This document shows positions 1 to 7,528 of a stretch of DNA of 64,000 bases, in pieces. Location: assembly GCA_043821285.1 (NCBI GenBank), contig JBDRCZ010000017.1:15947-79946 (forward strand), read 5' to 3'. The stretch comes from Candidatus Omnitrophota bacterium. GTDB lineage: Bacteria > Omnitrophota > Gorgyraeia > B26-G9 > JBDRCZ01. Positions within the stretch are counted from its first letter, which is position 1; every line of letters starts with the position of its first letter. The notes below the pieces were generated by a model. It was not told the DNA's origin. It made no database searches and worked only from the letters and a program-made list of their open reading frames with translations. A program made the translations under genes and the position numbers.

Positions 1-1
1 G

Positions 2-982
2 GATACCCTGAGGATACTTTCAAAAATACTTGCTCATTCACCCGTTCCCGTTGGAACCGTACCGATATACCAGTCCGCGGTAGCGATGAAACAAAAGAAA
101 AAAAAGATTATCGATATGACGGCAGAGGATATGATCGCAGCGGTAGAAACCCATGCCAAAATGGGTGTGGATTTTATGACCATTCATTGCGGTGTCATTC
201 AGGAAACAGTAGCGCGGCTTAAGGCGGAAGGCCGGATTTTAGATATTGTTAGCCGCGGCGGGTCATTTCTCCTGGAATGGATGGTCCATAACAAAAAGGA
301 AAATCCTTTCTACCGGTATTTTGATAAAATATTGCAGATTGCCAGCAGATATGACATGGTTTTAAGCTTAGGTGATGGATTAAGACCAGGGGCAATTATT
401 GATTCTACGGATCGGGCACAAATCCAGGAATTAATCATCTTGGGAGAACAGGCAAAAAAGGCGCAGGAACGCGGAATACAGGTAATTATTGAAGGTCCCG
501 GACACCTCCCGCTTTCTGATATTGAAGCGAACGTTTTGTTGGCAAAAAAGATTTGCCATGATGCACCTTTTTATGTTTTAGGACCGTTGGTTACGGATGT
601 TGCTTTAGGATACGATCATATCTGCGGAGCAATTGGGGGAGCAATTGCCGCAATGCACGGGGCAGATTTTTTATGTTACGTAACCCCATCCGAACACCTG
701 CATTTGCCAGATGCCGATGATGTAAAAGAGGGGGTAATTGCTTCACGGATTGCGGCGCATGCAGCAGATATTGCCAAGAATGTCCCTGGCGCCAAAGACT
801 GGGATTTAAAAATATCTTTAGCCCGCAGAAAGCGGGACTGGAAAACGCAGATAAAACTATCCCTTGACAAACAACGTGCAAAGAAATACCATAATAAGTC
901 TTCAGCCAGCCATACGGATGTATGTACGATGTGCGGGGAATATTGTTCGATAAAAATAGCCGAAAAGAATTTGCGGGGATAA
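2..982 (+). CDS. thiC: phosphomethylpyrimidine synthase ThiC, C-terminal part (5' end off window)
   Basis: Frame is open from base 2 (DTLRILSKILAHSPVPVGTVPIYQSAVA...) and joins the listed ORF. ThiC-like blocks VPVGTVPIYQ and IIEGPGH, and a C-terminal Cys cluster CTMCGEYCS. Confidence 0.85.
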   Translation, partial: DTLRILSKILAHSPVPVGTVPIYQSAVAMKQKKKKIIDMTAEDMIAAVETHAKMGVDFMTIHCGVIQETVARLKAEGRILDIVSRGGSFLLEWMVHNKKENPFYRYFDKILQIASRYDMVLSLGDGLRPGAIIDSTDRAQIQELIILGEQAKKAQERGIQVIIEGPGHLPLSDIEANVLLAKKICHDAPFYVLGPLVTDVALGYDHICGAIGGAIAAMHGADFLCYVTPSEHLHLPDADDVKEGVIASRIAAHAADIAKNVPGAKDWDLKISLARRKRDWKTQIKLSLDKQRAKKYHNKSSASHTDVCTMCGEYCSIKIAEKNLRG

Positions 983-1047
983 TTCAGGGGCAGAATGCAA
1001 GCTTCCCAAGCTTGACGTCGCGGGTTCGAATCCCGTTCCCCGCTCCA
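973..1047 (+). tRNA. tRNA-Gly (anticodon CCC)
   Basis: Hand-folded cloverleaf: acceptor GCGGGGA/TCCCCGC, D arm ATTC-AGGGGCA-GAAT, anticodon arm CAAGC-TTCCCAA-GCTTG, variable loop ACGTC, T arm GCGGG-TTCGAAT-CCCGT, discriminator T, encoded CCA. The first 10 nt overlap the thiC stop. Confidence 0.85.
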
Positions 1048-1121
1048 GTAAAGATAGTGTACAATGAACTATTTATAGTTTACAGCAGGAGAACCAGAAA
1101 AAATGGTTTTTAGGGAAAAAG

Positions 1122-1343
1122 ATGCCAATATATGAATTTGAATGTTTTAACTGTCATAAAGAATTTGAGCAGTTTTTTCATTCGGCAAATCAAGAGTTGA
1201 GCATACAGTGTTCTCATTGTAATTCAAGAAAAATTAAACGAATTTTTTCAATTTTTGGATTTAAATCAAAAGATAAAAGCTCTGGTAGTAATAGTTCAGG
1301 ATGCACGTCATGTACCACTGGTAATTGTAGTAGCTGTCAATAA
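1122..1343 (+). CDS. FmdB-family zinc-ribbon protein
   Basis: N-terminus MPIYEFECxNC plus a second CSHC pair (two CxxC knuckles); Ser/Cys-rich tail. Confidence 0.7.
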   Translation: MPIYEFECFNCHKEFEQFFHSANQELSIQCSHCNSRKIKRIFSIFGFKSKDKSSGSNSSGCTSCTTGNCSSCQ

Positions 1344-1408
1344 ATTATTGCCTTCAGCACTAATTTATTGACTACCTTTTCTTTTTCAAAGAAAAGAAAA
1401 AATAAAGT

Positions 1409-1562
1409 AACGGATTAACACTGATTAAACACAGACCTCGCCTATGCAGAGCTTCGGCGGGTATTTTGGGTAGTATTACTGTTAAGCAGGGGTCCATTAA
1501 AAATCCGTGCAACATCTGTGGCTAAAAAATATATGAAATTCACGCATTATTCAGAATAATCT
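1409..1562. repeat. CAC[ATG]GAT word array pair plus shared 30-nt block
   Basis: AACGGATTAACACTGATTAAACACAGAC (1409-1436) faces AAAATCCGTGCAACATCTGTGGC (1499-1523). AAATTCACGCATTATTCAGAATAATCT (1534-1562) matches 16468-16498. Confidence 0.65.
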
Positions 1563-1593
1563 CCTATAAAATTGTGGAAATCTGTGTATAAAT

Positions 1594-3228
1594 ATGTTTA
1601 GCGAGCCAGTTATAAAAGAAAAATTTTTCGGGCGCAAGCTGCTTCTGGACTTATTGAAAAAACGAATTGAGGCTTTTAAAAATGACTATCGCCAGAATGT
1701 TGCGCTGCTTGGACCGGAATTAATTGGTAAAACTTCCCTGGTATTAGAATTACTTAATCAACATAACGACAAGACGATTATTCCGGTTTATGTAGAGGTT
1801 AAATCAGAACCCCTGCAGTTTTTTGTGCAAAAATTCATTGGTGTCTTTTTAAACCGCTTTATCACCACGGTTGAACATCAATCTCCCGAAGATCTAAATT
1901 TGCTGATTAAAAAATGCCGCCAGCATGCCAGCAAAACTTATCTTGGAATTAAAGATGTTTTTTCCCATTTAGAAAATAATAATAATAATGAAGCCTTTGT
2001 TCGGTTACTGCAATTGCCGGTAATATTTTATGCCGAGACAAATAAACGCTGCCTGATTGCAATAGATGAGTTTCAGAATTTGGAAACTTTAAAAATCAAT
2101 AATCCATTTAAGGTCTTAAGTAATGCAATTATGATGCAAAAGACAACGATGTATATCATTACCAGCTCCTGGGAGGCAAAGGCCAGGCAAATATTGTCCG
2201 AAAAGCTTAGTCTGTTATTTGGAAATTTTGAAACCCTGCATATCACTTCATTTGATATGCCGACCAGTAAGTTTTTTTTGGATAAAAAACTTATGGATAT
2301 CGAAATGCAGGACCTGTGCAAGAAATTTTTATATAATTTAACCATGGGGAAACCATTTTATTTAGATTTGATTGTCGAACGTTTAAAACGCCTTTTTGCC
2401 GCAGATAAAACAAAAAAAATGACCAGAGAATTAATTATCGATGCATTAAATGATCTCTTGTTTGACCCGCGTGGCATATTACATCAGTACTTTGAACATC
2501 ATATCGGAACGTTTTTACAGAATCGTACGTACTGCACATTTTCTTTAATTTTAAATGCGCTTGCCGATGGACAAAAAAGGACAGCCGGTATTTCAAAATA
2601 TACCAATCGGCCGGTAAAAGACATCACACAACATCTCTCGCAATTGATCAATATGGAAATTGTTCAACGTAGCGGAAGCTTTAACCGCTTGCATGATCCG
2701 ATGTTGAAATTATGGCTGAAATATGTATATAAAACACGGCAACAGAATTATTCGACTAATCCACAGATGCTTTCTACCGCATTCAATATGGCGATTGATG
2801 ATAATTTTACCGCTTTTTGTGATACGGACCGTAAAAATTTAGGGGAAATTCTCTTGACACTTTTTGAATCTTTTGGCAATGAAATTGTAGAAATTGGCAA
2901 AAAAAGATTCAAATTGTCAAAATTTAAAAAAGTTGAATTAAAAAATCAATCGGGGTTCTGCTATATTATTGCTACTCCAGCCTCATCACAAAAACAATGG
3001 ATCTGCCTCTTGGAAAATAAACTGATTACGGAACAGGATATTATCGATTTTAGTCAATATCTGCGTAATGCTAAACTGCGCCCAATACGCAAGATTATTG
3101 TTACAATTCGCACGTTGGATGTTAATGCAAAACTGAAAGCATTAGAAGATAAGTTTATAATCTGGGAAATTGAAACTTTGAATTCGCTTTTGGATTTATA
3201 CAGCCGATGCGGCGTTGTTAGGTGGTAA
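1594..3228 (+). CDS. AAA-type ATP-binding protein (archaeal-ATPase-like, C-terminal extension)
   Basis: Walker A-like GPELIGKTS and Walker B-like CLIAIDEFQ in a 544-aa ORF. The family call is tentative. Confidence 0.55.
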   Translation: MFSEPVIKEKFFGRKLLLDLLKKRIEAFKNDYRQNVALLGPELIGKTSLVLELLNQHNDKTIIPVYVEVKSEPLQFFVQKFIGVFLNRFITTVEHQSPEDLNLLIKKCRQHASKTYLGIKDVFSHLENNNNNEAFVRLLQLPVIFYAETNKRCLIAIDEFQNLETLKINNPFKVLSNAIMMQKTTMYIITSSWEAKARQILSEKLSLLFGNFETLHITSFDMPTSKFFLDKKLMDIEMQDLCKKFLYNLTMGKPFYLDLIVERLKRLFAADKTKKMTRELIIDALNDLLFDPRGILHQYFEHHIGTFLQNRTYCTFSLILNALADGQKRTAGISKYTNRPVKDITQHLSQLINMEIVQRSGSFNRLHDPMLKLWLKYVYKTRQQNYSTNPQMLSTAFNMAIDDNFTAFCDTDRKNLGEILLTLFESFGNEIVEIGKKRFKLSKFKKVELKNQSGFCYIIATPASSQKQWICLLENKLITEQDIIDFSQYLRNAKLRPIRKIIVTIRTLDVNAKLKALEDKFIIWEIETLNSLLDLYSRCGVVRW

Positions 3229-3229
3229 A

Positions 3230-3718
3230 ATGAAAATTGGTATTTTATCGGATACACACATACATCTGCCAAAAGATAAAATCCCGGCAGCTTTAATTGA
3301 TGGACTAAAAAACGTTGATTTAATTTTGCATGCGGGTGATATATTGGATTTGGCGGTGATTAGAAAATTAGAAAAAATTGCCCAGGTTAAAGCAGTACAG
3401 GGAAATATGGATACCCCAGTGCTTAAAGAGATATTGCCGGAGAGAGAATTAATACGCGCGGAACAGATTAAAATCGGGTTAATCCACGGCTGGGGGCCGC
3501 CGGTCGGCCTATTAGATCGGGTAAAAGAGCTGTTTTATACAATGAAGGTGGATGTAGTTATATTTGGACATTCACATACCCCGATGATAAAAAAAATAGA
3601 TGGAGTTTTGTTTATAAACCCGGGCAGCCCGACAGATAAAATTTTTGCCCCTTACAATTCATATGTTGTTTTAGAGGTCAAAGGGAATAAAGCAGAAGCG
3701 CAGATTGTTAAGATATAA
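3230..3718 (+). CDS. YfcE/MJ0936-family metallophosphoesterase
   Basis: Motifs ILSDTH, HAGD, GNMD, GHSHTP. ATG 3230 is preceded by AGGTGG and starts 1 nt after the upstream stop (the track ORF begins at 3215). Confidence 0.8.
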   Translation: MKIGILSDTHIHLPKDKIPAALIDGLKNVDLILHAGDILDLAVIRKLEKIAQVKAVQGNMDTPVLKEILPERELIRAEQIKIGLIHGWGPPVGLLDRVKELFYTMKVDVVIFGHSHTPMIKKIDGVLFINPGSPTDKIFAPYNSYVVLEVKGNKAEAQIVKI

Positions 3719-3832
3719 CAACAATTAACAGTTTACGGTTTACAGTGAGATCGTGATGCGTAACTGTTGGCCAGGCAGAAATAAGTTATAACTTATAGGT
3801 AGTGTCAAAAATAAAATGAAAAACCGGAAAGC

Positions 3833-3904
3833 AACCACAGATTACGCAGATAGTTATAAAGATTTTAAGAGGGGAGAAAATCTGTGGTGAATGGATCAGT
3901 GGTG
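3833..3904. repeat. CCACAGAT-type word array, inverted pair
   Basis: Forward words AACCACAGATTACGCAGAT (3833-3851) face reverse words AAAATCTGTGGTGAATGGATCAGTGGTG (3877-3904). Confidence 0.6.
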
Positions 3905-4103
3905 AAAGAAAGAGAAAAAGATTTTCCATATTCAAGGAGATAATATACAAGATAATTGGTGCGGCAATGGAAGTCCACAAGTAGTTAGGATGTGGAATTC
4001 TTGAAGCAGTAGATGAAGAAGGAGTAAGTAGAGAATTTAGAAGAAAATGATTATTATTTAACATAGGTAGAGTTTCTTTAGAATATAAGAGAGTAATAAG
4101 GTA
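3904..4103 (+). pseudogene. GxxExxY-family (PD-(D/E)XK-like) gene remnant
   Basis: Translation ...FKEIIYKIIGAAMEVHK*LGCGILEAVDEEGVSREFRRK*LLFNIGRVSLEYKRVIR* follows the N-terminal pattern of GxxExxY proteins (xIIGAAxEVHxxLGxGxLExVY-like). It has two in-frame stops and is truncated. Confidence 0.5.
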
Positions 4104-4117
4104 GAAAATACACTTAT

Positions 4118-4196
4118 AACCACAGATTAAATCACCACAGATTTATACAAATAATTTAAAAGAATAAAATCATTTTAATCTGTGAAATCTGTGGTT
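4118..4196. repeat. CCACAGAT-type word array, inverted pair
   Basis: AACCACAGATTAAATCACCACAGATT (4118-4143) faces AATCTGTGAAATCTGTGGTT (4177-4196). Confidence 0.65.
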
Positions 4197-4257
4197 GCTT
4201 TAAAAGATATACGAAAGATTTTTGACAGAACCAACTTATAAACAAGGGGTAGTCGTA

Positions 4258-5079
4258 ATGAATATAAATGGTAACATCCCGGTATTTTTGGTTCAGGGTG
4301 AGACTCTCCCTGAAGTTTGGGAGCGCGCGGTTATTAAAATCTGGGAAAATGGGGTTGATATTAAAACAGAATATGATAAAAAAGACGATCCGCCAAGTAA
4401 AGATGCAACAATGACAATGGTTGTCAATCAACCTTTTTCCGAGCCAAGAATTCACCGTGCGTTTCCCGCAGGGCTGGAGGACCTTGAAATTTACAAGCAA
4501 GAGGTCGTCTATGGCGTTCATGACCATTGGATAAATCCAGAAGAAGGTAAATGGACATATACCTACCATAAACGTTTATTTGAATATGAAATCGAGCAGG
4601 AAATAATCAGACAAATAGATTATATTATTAAAAAATTATCACAAAACGGCTATTCCCGCCGTGCACAAGCAATAACATGGAATCCAAAACTTGACCCGCA
4701 GACTGATGATCCTCCGTGTCTGCAGAGAATTTGGTGCCGGCTTATGACCAATAGCGATGGAAAAAAGGTATTGAACATGAACACCCATTGGCGAAGCCGA
4801 GATGCGTATAAAGCAGCATTTATGAATATTTTTGCCTTGACGGAACTGCAGAAGCTGATTGCCGATAGAATATCCGAAATATTAAAATTCGAAGTTATTG
4901 TTGGCCGCTATGTAGATATAAGCGATAGTTTTCATATCTATGGTTCTTATTATCAGGAATTTCAGAAATTTTTAAATCTTGTTAAAAACCGAACATTTGC
5001 CGAGCGCACCTGGACGACGGAATTTGCCCAGAGTTTTTTTGACGAAGCTGACAAAAAACTACATGATCGTGCGGTGTAG
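4258..5079 (+). CDS. thyA: thymidylate synthase (ThyA) family protein, divergent/archaeal-like
   Basis: Collinear with ThyA core blocks: SRRAQAITWNP, PPCLQRIW (catalytic Cys context), HWRSRDAYKAAFMNI, DSFHIYGS. ATG 4258 is preceded by AAGGGG; the track start TTG 4222 is possible. Confidence 0.7.
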   Translation: MNINGNIPVFLVQGETLPEVWERAVIKIWENGVDIKTEYDKKDDPPSKDATMTMVVNQPFSEPRIHRAFPAGLEDLEIYKQEVVYGVHDHWINPEEGKWTYTYHKRLFEYEIEQEIIRQIDYIIKKLSQNGYSRRAQAITWNPKLDPQTDDPPCLQRIWCRLMTNSDGKKVLNMNTHWRSRDAYKAAFMNIFALTELQKLIADRISEILKFEVIVGRYVDISDSFHIYGSYYQEFQKFLNLVKNRTFAERTWTTEFAQSFFDEADKKLHDRAV

Positions 5080-5112
5080 AACATCAAAAATAATAAAAAA
5101 GAAAAAGATAAT

Positions 5113-5201
5113 GCCACAGATTTTCACTGATTGAACACGGATAAAAAACAAAAGACAAATATTAAATAAAAATCCGTGTTTCATTCGTGTGAATCCGTGG
5201 C
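5113..5201. repeat. CAC[ATG]GAT word array, imperfect 30-nt palindrome arms
   Basis: GCCACAGATTTTCACTGATTGAACACGGAT (5113-5142) versus ATCCGTGTTTCATTCGTGTGAATCCGTGGC (5172-5201). 22 of 30 positions are complementary by hand count; words are phased 10-11 nt. Confidence 0.7.
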
Positions 5202-5313
5202 TAAAAAAATAGTTAAACTACGCGTAACACAAATTAACACGAACAGCAAAGGCTTTATTCTTAAAAGGGTAGGTAATTTTTGACAGAACTTGCTGTCACA
5301 GCGGAGAAGATAC

Positions 5314-5796
5314 GTGGATAGGCTTTGGGCACCATGGCGGATAGCTTATGTTAACAAAAGGGTAAAGAGAAAATGCATATTTTGTATAGAAGCTAAAAAG
5401 ATAAATCTTAGAAAAAACTATATTGTTGAAACAGGCAGGTACAGTTTTGTGATTTTGAATATTTTTCCCTATAACAATGGACATTTGATGATTGTACCAT
5501 ACCGGCACTTGCCTGACGTCTCTATACTGAGAACTGAAGAGTGGAATGAAATGTTAAAATTTATTAAAATATATAAATCTTATCTCTCAAAAATACTTAA
5601 TCCCGACGGCTATAATCTGGGTATAAACATTGGACGCGCGGCTGGGGCCGGTTTTGCCAACCATGTGCATTTACATATTGTTCCGCGCTGGATCGGGGAT
5701 AGTAATTTTATGCCCGCGATAACAAAGACTAAGATAATCTCTCAGTCACTCGATGAATTGTATAAGCAGTTAAAAAAATGGCAGAAAAAGAAGTAA
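5314..5796 (+). CDS. HIT-family (histidine triad) nucleotide hydrolase/transferase
   Basis: Histidine triad [10 protein letters not shown] and an N-terminal LWAPWR block. GTG 5314 is preceded by GGAGA; a longer ORF from TTG 5290 is possible. Confidence 0.75.
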   Translation: MDRLWAPWRIAYVNKRVKRKCIFCIEAKKINLRKNYIVETGRYSFVILNIFPYNNGHLMIVPYRHLPDVSILRTEEWNEMLKFIKIYKSYLSKILNPDGYNLGINIGRAAGAGFANHVHLHIVPRWIGDSNFMPAITKTKIISQSLDELYKQLKKWQKKK

Positions 5797-7322
5797 TATT
5801 AATTCTTGATTTTGGCTCTCAATATACCCAGTTAATTGCCAGACGCGTGCGGGAACTGGATGTTTATTCAGAGGTCTTACCGGCAAATGCCGCATTTAAT
5901 CTTATAAAAAAACATAATCCTTGCGGGATAATCCTCTCTGGCGGACCGGCTAGTGTTTATAAAGATTGTGCGCCAGAGTGCCATAAGGAGATCCTGCACT
6001 TAGGAATTCCGATTTTAGGCATCTGTTATGGCATGCAGTTAATCGTAAAATTTTTTGGCGGGCAAGTAATATCAGGACATAAACGGGAATATGGGCCAGC
6101 CAAACTCAAAATTATAGATAAAACGGATTTGTTTTATAAAATTGATACAACAATAAGCTGCTGGATGAGTCATGGTGACCGGGTCAATACTTTACCGGAT
6201 GATTTTAAGGCGCTTGCTTACACGGATAATTCTCGATATGCAGCAATTGCTAATAAAAGGCTTAATATTTACGGCGTACAGTTTCATCCGGAGGTTGTCC
6301 ATACCCCCTGTGGAAAAAAAATTATTCATAATTTTTTATATAAAATCTGCAGCTGTCAAGGTGCATGGTCAGTAACATCTTTTATTAAGGAAAAAATAAA
6401 AGAAATTAAATCAACCGTAAAAAACTCAAAAGTTATCCTGGGATTAAGCGGCGGAGTCGATTCCGCGGTTGCGGCAGTATTAATCCATCAGGCGATTGGC
6501 CGACAGTTAACCTGCATCTTTGTCGATAATGGACTGTTAAGACTTGGCGAGCTGAAAAAGGTTAAGGAAACATTTACCAGAAATTTTAATATAAATTTGC
6601 ATTGTCTGGATGCCCGCAGGCAGTTTTTGAAGAAACTTGCCGGGATTACTGATCCGGAACAAAAACGGAAAATAATTGGTAAGCTGTTTATCCGCGTATT
6701 TGAACAGGAAGCAAGAAAAACCGGCAACATCGAATACCTTGCCCAGGGCACGTTATATCCGGATGTCATCGAGAGCCGTTCCGTGTTTGGCGGACCGACC
6801 GCTAAAATAAAATCCCATCATAATGTCGGCGGGCTTCCGGAAAAGATGCATTTAAAATTGCTGGAACCGTTTAAATTTTTGTTTAAAGACGAAGTACGGC
6901 AAGTCGGTAAAAAAATGGGACTGGCTGCGGAAATTATCTCCCGTCAGCCGTTCCCCGGTCCGGGGCTAGCCGTTAGAATTATTGGTGCGGTAACTGAAAA
7001 TAGACTCGATATTTTGCGAAAGGCAGACCGGTGTGTGCTCGAAGAGATAAAAGCCAGTGGCCTTTATCAGCAGATATGGCAGGCATTTGCCGTGCTCTTA
7101 CCAATAAAAACAGTCGGGGTAATGGGCGATGAACGTACATATGAGAATGTTATTGCATTAAGGGCCGTTACCAGTTTAGATGGGATGACCGCAGACTGGG
7201 CAAGATTACCGTATAATGTCCTGGAAAAGATTTCCAATCGTATTATCAATGAAGTTAAAGGTGTTAACCGGGTAGTATACGACATTAGCACAAAACCACC
7301 GGCAACGATTGAGTGGGAATAA
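5778..7322 (+). CDS. guaA: GMP synthase (glutamine-hydrolysing)
   Basis: GATase block [18 protein letters not shown]...CYGMQ, ATP-PPase SGGVDS, conserved C-terminus ...PPATIEWE. Overlaps the HIT gene by 19 nt. Confidence 0.95.
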   Translation: MAEKEVILILDFGSQYTQLIARRVRELDVYSEVLPANAAFNLIKKHNPCGIILSGGPASVYKDCAPECHKEILHLGIPILGICYGMQLIVKFFGGQVISGHKREYGPAKLKIIDKTDLFYKIDTTISCWMSHGDRVNTLPDDFKALAYTDNSRYAAIANKRLNIYGVQFHPEVVHTPCGKKIIHNFLYKICSCQGAWSVTSFIKEKIKEIKSTVKNSKVILGLSGGVDSAVAAVLIHQAIGRQLTCIFVDNGLLRLGELKKVKETFTRNFNINLHCLDARRQFLKKLAGITDPEQKRKIIGKLFIRVFEQEARKTGNIEYLAQGTLYPDVIESRSVFGGPTAKIKSHHNVGGLPEKMHLKLLEPFKFLFKDEVRQVGKKMGLAAEIISRQPFPGPGLAVRIIGAVTENRLDILRKADRCVLEEIKASGLYQQIWQAFAVLLPIKTVGVMGDERTYENVIALRAVTSLDGMTADWARLPYNVLEKISNRIINEVKGVNRVVYDISTKPPATIEWE

Positions 7323-7331
7323 GTAATAAAA

Positions 7332-7361
7332 AGTATTGCGTATCGAGCATTGCGTATTGCG
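7332..7361. repeat. heptad array TATTGCG/TATCGAG/CATTGCG/TATTGCG
   Basis: Four consecutive 7-mers, the reverse complement of the array at 7479-7522. Confidence 0.7.
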
Positions 7362-7478
7362 TTTCTTTAAGATAAGAATTTTAATTTTTTTGCTTTTACT
7401 GTTAGCTGCTTGCCCCCAGGATAGGGGTAAACTGAACAGCATGCTCTGTACCCTTTGCTTTATGCTTTGCGTTTTATT

Positions 7479-7522
7479 CGCAATACTCAATACTCAATAC
7501 TCAATACTTAATACGCGATACG
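7479..7522. repeat. heptad tandem array CGCAATA-(CTCAATA)x3-CTTAATA-CGCGATA
   Basis: Six consecutive 7-mers read directly from the sequence. The array ends 6 nt before the dnaE ATG. Confidence 0.8.
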
Positions 7523-7528
7523 AAAAAA

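Noticed and set aside
922-1113. 63-aa ORF overlapping the thiC end and the tRNA.
   Set aside because: It is fully explained by the tRNA-Gly gene and the thiC 3' end.
5172-5210. TGTGGCTAA / ATCCGTGGC words considered as DnaA boxes, with the region near dnaE as a replication origin.
   Set aside because: They differ from TTATCCACA, are scattered over many spacers rather than clustered, and neither dnaA nor dnaN is adjacent. The dnaE location is not diagnostic of oriC.
7479-7522. Tandem repeat array considered as a possible CRISPR array.
   Set aside because: The unit is only 7 nt with no unique spacers, and no cas genes are present. It is a heptad microsatellite-like array.
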